Positions 19,797-29,918 of a stretch of 64,000 nucleotides of DNA are shown here, in pieces. This stretch comes from an uncultured Clostridium sp. (lineage in GTDB: Bacteria > Bacillota > Clostridia > TANB77 > CAG-508): the NCBI GenBank assembly GCA_947388675.1, contig CANDRW010000004.1, positions 1,671-65,670 of the forward strand. The letters are read 5' to 3'. Below the pieces are notes generated by a model. The model was given only the letters and a program-made list of their open reading frames with translations. It was not told where the DNA came from and did no database searches. Positions within the stretch are counted from its first letter, which is position 1. Each line of letters starts with the position of its first letter. The translations under genes and the position numbers were made by a program.

Positions 19797-20684
19797 TTAT
19801 GGAAGAAGTTTAAATTTTTTCATTTCTTCTTCCAACCTAGAGCTATTAGCAATTGACATAGGTACAAGTGGTAATCTAGGCAAGCCCACTTGATATCCCA
19901 TTTTAGCCAGTGCAGCTTTTACAGGAATAGGATTTACTTCACTAAATAAAGAAGAAATAAGGGGAATGGATTTTATTTGAGAGTCTTTTGCTAAAGTAAA
20001 ATTACCACTTAAGTAGTCAAAGATCATATTGTGTACAAATTTAGGAGCAAGATTAGAAAGTACTGAAATAACGCCAATACCACCTAAAGATAAAATAGGG
20101 AGAGCTTGGTCATCATTACCAGAGTAAATCCATAAGTTATCACCACATAAGTTAGCAATTTTAGCCACTTGTGAAATATCGCCACTAGCTTCTTTGATAC
20201 CAACAATATTGGAAATTTTAGAAAGTTCCAAACAAGTTTCAGGCAAAATGTTTACACCAGTTCGACTTGGCACATTGTATAGAATAATAGGAAGAGTGAC
20301 ATTTTTAGCGATTTCAGAGTAATGGGCAACTAGACCTGCTTGTGTTGTTTTATTGTAATAAGGAGTGACTAATAATAAGCCATCTACACCAACACTTTCT
20401 GCATATTGAGAAAGTGAGATGGCTTCTTGTGTGTTGTTGCCACCTGTACCAGCGATAACAGGAATTCTTTTATGTACGGTTTGAACAGTAAATTCAATTA
20501 CCTTTTTCTTTTCCTCTAGGGACATTGTAGAGGACTCGCCAGTAGTGCCACAGATAATAACGCTATCAGCACCTTGCTCCACTTGAAATTCTAACAGTTT
20601 TTTTAATTCCTCAAAATTAACACCATCTTTTGTAAAAGGGGTAACCAAAGCAGTACCACAACCAATAAACAGACTTTTCTTCAA
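19797..20684 (-). CDS. dapA: 4-hydroxy-tetrahydrodipicolinate synthase
   Basis: GTTGES, YNVPSRTG and IVGIKEASGD (Schiff-base Lys) motifs. Confidence 0.92.
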   Translation of the reverse strand: MKKSLFIGCGTALVTPFTKDGVNFEELKKLLEFQVEQGADSVIICGTTGESSTMSLEEKKKVIEFTVQTVHKRIPVIAGTGGNNTQEAISLSQYAESVGVDGLLLVTPYYNKTTQAGLVAHYSEIAKNVTLPIILYNVPSRTGVNILPETCLELSKISNIVGIKEASGDISQVAKIANLCGDNLWIYSGNDDQALPILSLGGIGVISVLSNLAPKFVHNMIFDYLSGNFTLAKDSQIKSIPLISSLFSEVNPIPVKAALAKMGYQVGLPRLPLVPMSIANSSRLEEEMKKFKLLP

Positions 20685-20784
20685 AATAAAACCTCCTTGG
20701 ATACAGATAAACTAATGTATAATATGAAATAAAGTGTTTTTATGCCAACAAATTTGAAAAAAATGTGGATAGGTAGAATAAACC

Positions 20785-20813
20785 TTGAAAAAGTAAACTA
20801 ATTATGTTATAAT
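20785..20813 (+). promoter_or_regulatory. sigmaA-type promoter
   Basis: TTGAAA, 17 nt, TATAAT. Confidence 0.45.
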
Positions 20814-20898
20814 ACAAGAAGCGTTCTATAGAAAAATCTACTAGCAAATGTGCAAAAGTAGAAACTTTGTTACTAAAAAGAATAAAAGAGGTGATAAG

Positions 20899-21216
20899 AT
20901 GGCAACTTATACAGAAAAGGGGCGGACAGTAGAAGTAGAACAAGTAGCCAACTTAAGCAAAGCAGAAGTCAGAATGTTCTTCTATTTTTTGACTAAAAAG
21001 GCAGGTTGCTTTCCGGAGAAAAAACAAAGAAAATTTAATGCATACTTTGGATTGGGAATGATGCCAGAAGAGATGGGGTTTATTACCAAAAAAGGAGATC
21101 AGGCATTTTGTATTAGAGAAACACATCCTGGTTACTATACCCTCTACATGTCAAAAAACGAAGAATGTGCCTTATGCTGTTGGATTAAAAAGATAGTGGC
21201 AGAAGTAAAGAAGTAA
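20899..21216 (+). CDS. hypothetical protein (105 aa)
   Basis: ATG 20899 preceded by AAGAGGTG RBS; no recognisable motif. Confidence 0.5.
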   Translation: MATYTEKGRTVEVEQVANLSKAEVRMFFYFLTKKAGCFPEKKQRKFNAYFGLGMMPEEMGFITKKGDQAFCIRETHPGYYTLYMSKNEECALCCWIKKIVAEVKK

Positions 21217-21228
21217 CAAGGAAAAGCA

Positions 21229-21269
21229 AAAAGAGAACATCAACTAATATGGTGGGTGTTCTCTTTTTG
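21229..21269. terminator. possible bidirectional terminator
   Basis: AGAGAACA / TGTTCTCT stem flanked by an A-run and a T-run; the loop is long. Confidence 0.35.
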
Positions 21270-21292
21270 TTACACAAGTTCCAAGTGTAATG

Positions 21293-22234
21293 CTATTTCA
21301 AAAATCCATTAATAATTTGTTCTTCAGCTTCAGCTTCAGTTAAACCAAGTGACATTAATTTAATAATTTGTTCTCCTGCAATTTTTCCAATAGCAGCTTC
21401 ATGAACTAAACTAGCATCAATATCATTAGCAATGATTTGAGGAGTAGAGATTACTTTTGCCTTATCCATAATGATAGCATCGCATTCTACATGACCAAAA
21501 CACTTTGTATTACCATCTACATTAGAAATAAATTCCTGCACAGAATGGTCACGAGCAATAGAACGAGAAGCAACATGTACACTAGAGTTTTCTCCATTTA
21601 AGTTTACATCAAAAATAGTTTTAGCTGTTTGATTACCTGCTGTCATAATACGTTCGGTAATGACTAAATTACTATTAGGTCCAAGTTCACCTTTTGTTTC
21701 ACGAACAGTTGAAGTAACTCCTTTAATCTGTACAGTTTCCATTTCTAAGTTACTACCATCTTCTAAATGCACAATGGTTTGAGGATTTAAGATTTTATCT
21801 CCAGTACCTTCGCCTTCACCATAATGCTTTTCAATATATTTTACTTTGCTATTCTTTGCTAGGTGGAAAGTATGAATCCCATCATGCTCTGCTGTTTCAC
21901 AAGAGGTGTTGTGGATACCACAACCTGCAATAATAACAACATCAGCATTTTCACCAATATAGAAATCGTTATACACCACATCGTTAAAACCACCTTGCGT
22001 TAGAATAACAGGGATGTGTACACTTTCATTTTTTGTATTTGGCTTAATGATAATATCAATTCCAGGTTTGTCCTCTTTGGTTATAATGTCAATATTAGCT
22101 GTTGTTTTTCTGGCAACACCTTTTCCATTTTCACGAATATTATATGCACCCATAGGAGTTTTCTCAATGTCAGCAATGGATTTTAATAAATTCATTTCAA
22201 TAGCATCTAATTTATTTTTAATTTCATTACTCAT
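21293..22234 (-). CDS. SufB/SufD-family Fe-S assembly protein
   Basis: 313 aa beta-helix-type sequence directly downstream of a SufC-like ATPase (4-nt gap). Confidence 0.65.
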   Translation of the reverse strand: MSNEIKNKLDAIEMNLLKSIADIEKTPMGAYNIRENGKGVARKTTANIDIITKEDKPGIDIIIKPNTKNESVHIPVILTQGGFNDVVYNDFYIGENADVVIIAGCGIHNTSCETAEHDGIHTFHLAKNSKVKYIEKHYGEGEGTGDKILNPQTIVHLEDGSNLEMETVQIKGVTSTVRETKGELGPNSNLVITERIMTAGNQTAKTIFDVNLNGENSSVHVASRSIARDHSVQEFISNVDGNTKCFGHVECDAIIMDKAKVISTPQIIANDIDASLVHEAAIGKIAGEQIIKLMSLGLTEAEAEEQIINGFLK

Positions 22235-22237
22235 AAA

Positions 22238-22963
22238 TTAATTACCTCCTTTATTTAGCATTACCTTGCAAGGTTTAGTAGTTTGGTTTAAGAGAAGAGG
22301 GAGGATATCTTCTTTTTGACCAACAGCTGTAATTTCGCCATTAGCTAATAAAATAATTTCATCAGAAATGTTTAAGATTTTCTCTTGATGTGAAATGATA
22401 ACAATGGAAGAGTTTTGAATTTCAGTGTGCATTTTTTCAAATACACTAATCAGACTATTAAAACTCCATAAATCAATTCCAGCTTCTGGTTCATCAAATA
22501 CAGTAAGTTTTGATTTCTTCGCAGCTAGCATTGCAATTTCAATGCGCTTTAATTCTCCACCAGATAGTGAACCACTAATTTCACGATTTAAGTAATCTTT
22601 AGCACATAAGCCAACATCAGATAGATAATCGCAAGCTTCAGAAAGTTTTAAGCTGTTTCCAGCAGAAATCTCAATTAAGTCTTTTACTGTTAAACCTTTA
22701 AATCTAACAGGTTGTTGAAAAGCAAAGCCAATTCCAAGTTTGGCTCTATCTGTAATATTTTTGTGAGTAATATCTTGTCCATCTAATAAAATGGTACCTT
22801 CATCAGGTGGCAAGATACCCATAATAATTTTAGCAAGTGTTGATTTACCAGAACCATTAGGACCAGTAATGCAAACTAACTTGCTATTGTCTATTTTTAA
22901 ATCAATATGATTTAAAATTTGTTTGTTATCTCTTGCAAAAGAGATGTTTTTTAACTCTAACAT
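22238..22963 (-). CDS. sufC: SufC-like ABC ATPase
   Basis: Walker A GPNGSGKST, LSGGELKR signature, Walker B FDEPEAGID. Confidence 0.8.
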   Translation of the reverse strand: MLELKNISFARDNKQILNHIDLKIDNSKLVCITGPNGSGKSTLAKIIMGILPPDEGTILLDGQDITHKNITDRAKLGIGFAFQQPVRFKGLTVKDLIEISAGNSLKLSEACDYLSDVGLCAKDYLNREISGSLSGGELKRIEIAMLAAKKSKLTVFDEPEAGIDLWSFNSLISVFEKMHTEIQNSSIVIISHQEKILNISDEIILLANGEITAVGQKEDILPLLLNQTTKPCKVMLNKGGN

Positions 22964-23181
22964 AATGCCTCCAATTTCTAGTTTTAAGAATATATATCAT
23001 ACGTAAATTAGCCACTTGGTGAATTATATATTTTTTAAAACATCATCATTTTAGCACAAAATGCAAGAAAATACAACAAAAAGTGAAAAATGGAGAGATT
23101 GACATTTCTTTGTTTCTTTGATACAATGAAACAAAGAATATAAAATTAGAAAATGAATATAATACAAGGAGAACATGAAAA

Positions 23182-23553
23182 ATGGAAGTTTTAGAAATGG
23201 AGAAAAGAGTAATGAAACCAAAAAGAATATCAGTTTCTGGCAAAAGGCAAATTACAATTCCTTTAGAATTTTGCAAGGCATTAAATATAGAAAATGAAGT
23301 TGAGTGTATGATGAAAGATAATTCAATTATTATTAGACCAATTGTTGACACAAGCCAAGATAATTTTGCTGACTTAATATTAGAAGACTTGATAAAGGAA
23401 GGATATAAAGGGCAAAAGTTATTAGAAGAATTTAAAAAAAGGAAAACAGAAATAAGAGAGGCTATAAAAGAAGTAAAAAATGAGGCAAGTAAAGTAGCAG
23501 AAGATGAAGCACCGTATGCAACAATTGAAGAAGTATTTAAAGAGGAGGAATAA
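23182..23553 (+). CDS. AbrB/MazE/SpoVT-family antitoxin
   Basis: SVSGKRQITIPLEFCKALNIENEVECMMKDNSIIIRPI swapped-hairpin motif with an acidic C-terminus. Confidence 0.7.
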   Translation: MEVLEMEKRVMKPKRISVSGKRQITIPLEFCKALNIENEVECMMKDNSIIIRPIVDTSQDNFADLILEDLIKEGYKGQKLLEEFKKRKTEIREAIKEVKNEASKVAEDEAPYATIEEVFKEEE

Positions 23554-23555
23554 AG

Positions 23556-23849
23556 GTGTATCAAATTAGATTCATGCCAAGAGCAGAAAAATATATAAAG
23601 AAACTAAAAGAAAAAAATTTGAAAGAGAAAATAAAAAATGCTATTTATGAGATACAGAGGAATCCATATATAGGTGAAATGAAAAAAGGGGACTTAAGTG
23701 ACATATATGGATTCGACGTATTTTATCACAAAACTAATTATGAAATTTCGTATCAAATATATTCTGAAAAAGAAGTAATAATTATTATCTTAATTGGAAC
23801 AAGAAAAAATTTTTATCAAGAACTAAAAAAGTATATTTCTAACAGCTAA
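23556..23849 (+). CDS. RelE/ParE-family toxin
   Basis: 97 aa; GTG start 2 nt after the antitoxin stop; RelE/ParE-like layout (KIKNAIYEIQRNPYIG...). Confidence 0.7.
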   Translation: MYQIRFMPRAEKYIKKLKEKNLKEKIKNAIYEIQRNPYIGEMKKGDLSDIYGFDVFYHKTNYEISYQIYSEKEVIIIILIGTRKNFYQELKKYISNS

Positions 23850-24843
23850 TTAACTTCTCTAAAATTTGTACTGCGTTACTTGCAGCACCTTTTCTTAAAT
23901 TATCAGCAACTACCCATAAATTTACGCCAGACTTTACACTGAAATCTCTACGAATTCTACCAACAAAAACTTCATCTTTGCCATTAGTATCCAAAGTAGT
24001 AGGGTAAGTCTCAAAATTAGTATCATCTTTTATAATTATTCCAGGGGCCTTTTGCAATACTTCTTTTAATTCAGACAGTTCAAAATCTTTTTTAAATTCT
24101 ACATTAATAGCTTCACTATGACTATTCAAAACAGGAACTCTAACTGTTGTTGCAGTAATTGCTAAGTCTAGTTTTTTAAAGATTTTTCTTGTTTCATTTA
24201 TCATTTTTTCTTCTTCTTTGGTATAACCATTTTCCAAAAAAACATCAATATGTGGTAAGCAGTTATTAAAAATGGGAATAGGGAATTTTTGTAATTCATA
24301 TCCACAAGTGCCATTATGCTTAATGCCATTTTCTAAATCTACAATACCTTTATGACCAGCTCCTGAAACAGACTGATAAGTGCTATAGACCACTCTTTTA
24401 ATATGATAGGTGTCATCCAAAGGTTTTAAAGCAACAACTGCTTGAATAGTAGAACAGTTTGGATTGGCAATAATACCTTGATGATGGCTAATTTCTTCAG
24501 GATTAACTTCAGGAACTACTAAAGGTACTTTACTGTCCATTCTAAAGGCACTGCTATTATCAATCACAATGCAACCTTTAGAAACTGCAATAGGAGCGTA
24601 CTTTTTAGCAACTTCGCCACCAGCTGAAAAAATAGCATAAGAAAAACCAGCGTCAAAAGAACTAGGTGTCAATTCTTGAACAATATATTCATTTTCTAAA
24701 AAGTGGATTTTCTTTCCAGCAGATTTGCTAGAAGCAAAGAAAGTATATTCTTCAATAGGTAATTTTTTTTCTTCTAAAACTTTTAAAATAGTTTGACCTA
24801 CAAGACCAGTAGCGCCAATAATGGCTAATTTGTTTGTTCTCAT
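23839..24843 (-). CDS. asd: aspartate-semialdehyde dehydrogenase
   Basis: IIGATGLVGQ and IANPNCSTIQ (catalytic Cys) motifs; 334 aa. Confidence 0.92.
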   Translation of the reverse strand: MRTNKLAIIGATGLVGQTILKVLEEKKLPIEEYTFFASSKSAGKKIHFLENEYIVQELTPSSFDAGFSYAIFSAGGEVAKKYAPIAVSKGCIVIDNSSAFRMDSKVPLVVPEVNPEEISHHQGIIANPNCSTIQAVVALKPLDDTYHIKRVVYSTYQSVSGAGHKGIVDLENGIKHNGTCGYELQKFPIPIFNNCLPHIDVFLENGYTKEEEKMINETRKIFKKLDLAITATTVRVPVLNSHSEAINVEFKKDFELSELKEVLQKAPGIIIKDDTNFETYPTTLDTNGKDEVFVGRIRRDFSVKSGVNLWVVADNLRKGAASNAVQILEKLISC

Positions 24844-24978
24844 ATTCTTTCATCCTTTCAGTTTTATTATATGAGAAAAAAACTTGTCTATATTACTAAG
24901 GATTTTATAAAAATGCTTGCGTCTTTTTCAAAAATTGCTATATAATAGAAAAAAATGTTTTGGTAAAAGGAAAAAAGT

Positions 24979-27048
24979 ATGATAGATTTAAAACAAAGTG
25001 TACAATATATAAAAGGGGTAGGACCTAATCGAGCAGCCTTATTAAATAATTTAGGAATTTATACTTTGGGTGATTTAATCACCTATTTTCCTCGTGAGTA
25101 TGAAGATAGAAGCAAAATAAGAAAAATAGAAGAACTAACCGATGGAGAGGAAGCTACTATTGAAGCAAAAGTAGTTTCAGAAGTAACTGCAAATCGTATT
25201 CGTAAAAATATGACAGTATTAAAAACTATGGTAGAAGACGAAACAGGAAAGTGCATGATTACTTGGTTTAATCAGACTTATGTGAAACAACAAATCAAAA
25301 GAGGAGAGACTTATCGCTTTTTTGGAAAAGTAGAAAAGAACTTTACTAAAACGGAAATGAGAAGTCCTGTCTATGATGAAGTTGGTAAAAACAAAAATAC
25401 AGGAAAAATTATGCCCATATATCCTTCCACATATAAACTATCGCAAACAGCAATTAGACAAGCAGTGGAGAATAGCTTAAAAATGGTGGCAAACAAATTA
25501 GAAGAAACTTTGCCTGAGTATTTACTTTCAGAATATAACCTACAAGGATTAGAAGAAAGTTTACAAAAAATTCATTTTCCAGCTTCAAAAGCAGAACGTT
25601 TGCAAGCACGTAAAAGATTAGTTTTTGAAGAACTATTAAGTTTGCAATTAGCTTTACTAGAATTAAAAGGTCAGGCAGAAATACAAGAGGGAATTTGCTA
25701 TAGCAAAGATGTAAAAATGTCTGATGTAATTAATAATTTACCTTTTAAATTGACAAAAGCACAGCTAAGAGTATTAGAAGAAATTGATAAAGATATGGAA
25801 TCTCCAAAAGTAATGAACCGTTTGTTACAAGGAGATGTTGGCTCTGGTAAAACTGTTGTAGCAATGATTGCTGCCTATAAAGCAGTGAAGTCAGGTTACC
25901 AAGTAGCTGTTATGGCACCAACTGCAATTTTAGCCACACAGCATTTGGAAGAATTTCAAAAGATTTTAGAACCAATGGGAATTCGATGTAGCTTATTACT
26001 TGGGGCAACGAAAAAGAAAGAAAGAGAAGAAATTTTAGAACAGTTATCAGATGGTACAATTCAGATATTAATTGGTACACATGCTTTGATTACAGACAAA
26101 GTCATTTTCCATAAATTGGGTTTGGTAGTAACAGATGAGCAGCACCGTTTTGGTGTACGCCAAAGAGCAGCTATTTCTAATAAAGGAGCCAACCCAGATG
26201 TGTTAGTTATGACAGCAACACCAATTCCAAGAACACTTGCCTTAATTTTATACGGTGATTTGGATATTTCTATTATTGATGAATTACCACCCAACAGGAA
26301 AAAGATAGAAACTTTTGCAGTAACCAAAAGAATGGAAGAAAGAGTGAATAATTTTATTTGTAAAAATATTGACGAAGGAAGACAAATTTATGTTGTATGT
26401 CCTTTAGTAGAAGAAAAAGAAGAAGTAGACATTGATGAGCAAAAGGCAGATTTAAAAGCAGTCAAAGAATGGACGCAGAAATATCAAGAAGAAATTTTTC
26501 CAAAGTATCGAGTAGACTGTGTTTATGGAAAAATGAAACCAAAAGAAAAAGATGAAGTAATGGAGAAATTTAAAAATGGAGAGATTGATATTTTAGTATC
26601 TACCACAGTGATTGAAGTTGGAGTAAATGTTCCAAATGCGAGTGTTATGGTGGTAGAAAATTCAGAAAGATTTGGTTTGGCGCAACTTCATCAATTGAGA
26701 GGAAGAGTAGGCAGAGGAGAATATCAATCTTATTGCATTTTGAAATATGATAGTCATTGCTCGCAAGTAGGAAGAGAAAGAATGAAAACTATGCAAGAAA
26801 CTAATGATGGATTTGTAATTGCAGAAAAGGATTTAGAACTTCGTGGAACAGGAGAGTTCTTTGGAACAAAACAACATGGTATTCCAGAATTTAAGATTGC
26901 TAACTTATTTGTAGATATGCCAATGCTAAAATCTGTCCAAAGTGTAGCATTAAAGATAGAGGCAGAAGATAAAGGGCTACGAGAAGAAAAAAATATGAGA
27001 CTACGTAAATTAGTAGATAATAGATTAAATCAAAGCATAGCTTTATAA
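24979..27048 (+). CDS. recG: ATP-dependent DNA helicase RecG
   Basis: GVGPNRAALL wedge N-terminus, GDVGSGKT, DEQHRFGV, QLHQLRGRVGRG. Confidence 0.93.
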   Translation: MIDLKQSVQYIKGVGPNRAALLNNLGIYTLGDLITYFPREYEDRSKIRKIEELTDGEEATIEAKVVSEVTANRIRKNMTVLKTMVEDETGKCMITWFNQTYVKQQIKRGETYRFFGKVEKNFTKTEMRSPVYDEVGKNKNTGKIMPIYPSTYKLSQTAIRQAVENSLKMVANKLEETLPEYLLSEYNLQGLEESLQKIHFPASKAERLQARKRLVFEELLSLQLALLELKGQAEIQEGICYSKDVKMSDVINNLPFKLTKAQLRVLEEIDKDMESPKVMNRLLQGDVGSGKTVVAMIAAYKAVKSGYQVAVMAPTAILATQHLEEFQKILEPMGIRCSLLLGATKKKEREEILEQLSDGTIQILIGTHALITDKVIFHKLGLVVTDEQHRFGVRQRAAISNKGANPDVLVMTATPIPRTLALILYGDLDISIIDELPPNRKKIETFAVTKRMEERVNNFICKNIDEGRQIYVVCPLVEEKEEVDIDEQKADLKAVKEWTQKYQEEIFPKYRVDCVYGKMKPKEKDEVMEKFKNGEIDILVSTTVIEVGVNVPNASVMVVENSERFGLAQLHQLRGRVGRGEYQSYCILKYDSHCSQVGRERMKTMQETNDGFVIAEKDLELRGTGEFFGTKQHGIPEFKIANLFVDMPMLKSVQSVALKIEAEDKGLREEKNMRLRKLVDNRLNQSIAL

Positions 27049-27153
27049 TGAATAAGCTTGATAGGTAGATAAACGGAAATAGTAAAAATGCCTTGACATT
27101 TACATAAAAACACAATATGTTATAGGGGAAGTAAAACGAAAGGAGAAAAGCCT

Positions 27154-28206
27154 ATGGACACACAAATGCTTACAACTAATAAAGGTGGAGAATTAATTAG
27201 TTTTAAAATAAATGGCGAAGAGAAGATTCATCAAGGAGAAAGTTGCATAGATGAAAATGGCAAAGTTTATTGGAAAAGACATTCACCAGTATTATTTCCA
27301 ATTGTAGGAAAATTAAAGAAAAACAAAACTTTAATTGGCGGAAGAACTTATGAATTGCCACAACATGGATTTGCCAGAGATTTAGAGTTTGAGCCAATCA
27401 CAAAATTAGATAATTTTCATTCCTATGTTTTAAGAAGCAATAAATATACATTGGCAAAGTATCCTTATGAATTTGAATTATATAACACATATCGTACAGA
27501 AGGAAATAAATTAACTACGATTTATAAAGTGGTTAATACTGGATTAATCAATTTACCATTTGGAATAGGAGGACATCCTGCTTTTAAGATTGACCAAGAA
27601 GAGTTAAAAAAGGGACATTACTATTTAGAATTTGACCAAGAAGAAGACAAAATTCACTTTCTTTATTTAATAGATGGCTTAATTGGTACAGAATATGCTA
27701 AAAATCCAATGGAGAATAAAAAGATTATTCCAATTGGTCCACATACATTTGATAATGATGCACTAATCATGAAAGGAATTACTTCTAACAAAATTAGTTT
27801 AAAAAAGAGAATAACAGAAGACACTGTTTTAACAATGGACTTTACAGATTTTCCATATTTAGCAATTTGGTCAAAACCAAATGCGCCATTTATCTGTATT
27901 GAACCATGGTTTTCAACAGCAGATACAGTAAAAGGTTCAGGAGTATTTACACAAAAGCGAGATCTTATTTCATTAAAGCCGAATGACTCGTTTGAATGCA
28001 AGTATACAGTGACATTTCAGCTAGCCGTAGGGAGTGGAACGACTGTACGGATAGTTGATGCAATCGAGCAAAGCGAGGTTGTAAACCTTATATTAGTGTC
28101 AGTTTTGGGGACGTTCTTTAAAAGTGACAAAAATGTCAGTTTAACCTACGTCCCTAAAGTGACAAAAGTGTCAGTTTTTGGGACACACTTTGATAGAATA
28201 GATTGA
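27154..28206 (+). CDS. aldose 1-epimerase family protein with REP-derived C-terminal extension
   Basis: WKRHSPVLFPIVG..LPQHGFAR..GGHPAF..EPW motifs; roughly the last 60 codons are read through REP-like repeats. Confidence 0.75.
   Translation: MDTQMLTTNKGGELISFKINGEEKIHQGESCIDENGKVYWKRHSPVLFPIVGKLKKNKTLIGGRTYELPQHGFARDLEFEPITKLDNFHSYVLRSNKYTLAKYPYEFELYNTYRTEGNKLTTIYKVVNTGLINLPFGIGGHPAFKIDQEELKKGHYYLEFDQEEDKIHFLYLIDGLIGTEYAKNPMENKKIIPIGPHTFDNDALIMKGITSNKISLKKRITEDTVLTMDFTDFPYLAIWSKPNAPFICIEPWFSTADTVKGSGVFTQKRDLISLKPNDSFECKYTVTFQLAVGSGTTVRIVDAIEQSEVVNLILVSVLGTFFKSDKNVSLTYVPKVTKVSVFGTHFDRID
28022..28186. repeat. composite REP cluster (alpha subfamily, copy 4)
   Basis: Three units: GTGTCAGTTTTGGGGACGTTC..AAGTGAC (28096-28128), TGTCAGTTTAACCTACGTCCCTAAAGTGAC (28134-28163), GTGTCAGTTTTTGGGACAC (28168-28186). 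Also a GAGCAAAGCGAGG core shared with the 45751 and 16365 elements. Confidence 0.75.
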
Positions 28207-28225
28207 GAAATAGAGGGAGCAAAAA

Positions 28226-28417
28226 ATGGGACAAATTATCTTAAGAATAGTAGCAATGATTTTAGTAGCTATTGGAGTAGTTTGCATTTTTGATGCAAGA
28301 GTGATCACAAAAAAGGCTTTTAGTTTTGGAGACCAAAATGAAGGTAGTTTAGGATTAAAAATATTAGGATTTATTATTGCAATAGTGGGGGCTTTGATAT
28401 TTTATTTTACGATGTAA
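28226..28417 (+). CDS. small two-TM membrane protein (hypothetical)
   Basis: GGGAG RBS and two hydrophobic helices. Confidence 0.4.
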   Translation: MGQIILRIVAMILVAIGVVCIFDARVITKKAFSFGDQNEGSLGLKILGFIIAIVGALIFYFTM

Positions 28418-28459
28418 TTCTGTATTACAAGGCAATATTGGAGGTTAGGAGGCTAAATA

Positions 28460-29293
28460 ATGAAAAGCGAAGAAAATTATATCATAGAAAATGAAATAAC
28501 TGATAAAGTAAAAAAACAAGAATATTGGAATACGGGTATTGGACTAAATAAGGTTGACAACCTAGAACCTTCTAAGTACTTGTTAGAATTATCTCAAAAA
28601 AATATTAATGGAGAATTAAAATATTACGAAGTAGAAAATTCCCTAAAGACATATTACGAAATGCAGGATTTGAATGATGTTCAAAAGCAAAATGAAAAAG
28701 AATGTGATTTAGTTTCTTTAAGAATAGCACAACTCTTAGAAGATAAAAGTTTTGGCTTTAGTCCCATTACATTAAAAAATATTCACAAATACTTATTTGA
28801 AGATATTTATGACTTTGCAGGAAAATATAGAAATTATAACATTACAAAAAAAGAAGAAATATTAAATGGAGATACAGTTAAATATGTCAATTATCAAGAT
28901 TTAGAAAGTTACTTGGAATATGACTTTAAAGAGGAAAAAGAATTTGACTATTCAAAATTAAATCAAAATGAATTTATTGAGCATATTGCAAAATTCACTT
29001 CGACTATTTGGCAAGTTCATCCTTTTGGAGAAGGAAATACTAGAACTACGGCAGTATTTATAGAGAAATATTTAAATAATATGGGATTTCAAGTAAATAG
29101 CGATATGTTTAAAGAATATAGTTTGTATTTTCGCAATGCTTTAGTAAGAAGCAATTATGGAAATATTCCAAAAGGAATTTATCCGACATTGGATTATTTA
29201 CTTTTGTTTCTTGAAAATTTATTGCAAAATAAAAGTAATGAATTAAGAAATAGAGAATTATATATAAAAGAATTATTTAAAAATGACAATTAA
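28460..29293 (+). CDS. Fic/DOC family protein
   Basis: Fic motif HPFGEGNTRTT (HxFx[DE]GNxR). Confidence 0.85.
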   Translation: MKSEENYIIENEITDKVKKQEYWNTGIGLNKVDNLEPSKYLLELSQKNINGELKYYEVENSLKTYYEMQDLNDVQKQNEKECDLVSLRIAQLLEDKSFGFSPITLKNIHKYLFEDIYDFAGKYRNYNITKKEEILNGDTVKYVNYQDLESYLEYDFKEEKEFDYSKLNQNEFIEHIAKFTSTIWQVHPFGEGNTRTTAVFIEKYLNNMGFQVNSDMFKEYSLYFRNALVRSNYGNIPKGIYPTLDYLLLFLENLLQNKSNELRNRELYIKELFKNDN

Positions 29294-29297
29294 ATTC

Positions 29298-29326
29298 TTG
29301 CTATTTAAAAAATAGTATGTTACAAT
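29298..29326 (+). promoter_or_regulatory. promoter of the T-box leader
   Basis: TTGCTA, 17 nt, TACAAT. Confidence 0.45.
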
Positions 29327-29339
29327 ATTTAAAGAATTT

Positions 29340-29586
29340 CGAAAAACGAAGAAAAAGAGGAGTAAGTTCAAACTAGCTAGAAAGAGAAAAGAAGTGGATA
29401 CGTTGAGAGCTTCTTATAGAAAAGAGAACTGAAGGTAGCTTTGGAGTTGATAAGGTGAAATAAGAGTAAGCTTATCCGTGTAACTTGCGTTAAAAGGAAT
29501 TGAAGATTTGGCTAACTTATTAGCTAAAATTAAGGTGGTACCGTGAGAAATAATTACCTCGCCCTTATATAGGAGCGAGGTTTTTT
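29340..29586 (+). promoter_or_regulatory. T-box leader (tRNA-sensing riboswitch) with terminator
   Basis: AGTA and GAA S-turn halves around the specifier loop (29431-29437), AGAGA box, T-box AATTAAGGTGGTACCGTG (29528-29545), terminator CCTCGC..GCGAGG plus T6 (29557-29586). Confidence 0.85.
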
Positions 29587-29657
29587 GTGTATTTATGTAG
29601 TTAAACTAAAGTAAACTTTAGTTTAACTAATAAAATATGAAAAGGAGGAATTAAGTA

Positions 29658-29912
29658 ATGAAAGAAGTAAAAGAAGGGGAAATTTACAGACATTTTAAAG
29701 GTCCATTTTATTATGTCATTTGTGTAGGATTAGATTCAGAAACAAGAGAAAGAATGGTTGTGTATAGACATTTAGATGGTTCAAATATCATTTGTGTTAG
29801 ACCTGAGAAGATGTTTTTAGAGGAAATTCCAGAAAGGCCAGATAATGTTACAGGACAAAAGGTAAGATTTGAATTAATAGAAAATTTAAAAGATTATAAC
29901 TTGTCAGAGTAG
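29658..29912 (+). CDS. DUF1653-like protein
   Basis: GEIYRHFKGPFYYVI...SETRERMVVYRHL pattern; AGGAGG RBS. Confidence 0.7.
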   Translation: MKEVKEGEIYRHFKGPFYYVICVGLDSETRERMVVYRHLDGSNIICVRPEKMFLEEIPERPDNVTGQKVRFELIENLKDYNLSE

Positions 29913-29918
29913 GGATAA

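Noticed and set aside
20685-20850. Lysine (L-box) riboswitch upstream of dapA-HD-dapB
   Set aside because: The ~160-nt upstream region is extremely AT-rich and lacks the conserved L-box helices and motifs. It appears to hold only divergent promoters.
23046-23564. 172-aa minus-strand ORF
   Set aside because: It is antisense to the well-supported AbrB-type antitoxin and its promoter region. Its composition is the hydrophobic, low-complexity kind typical of antisense AT-rich frames.
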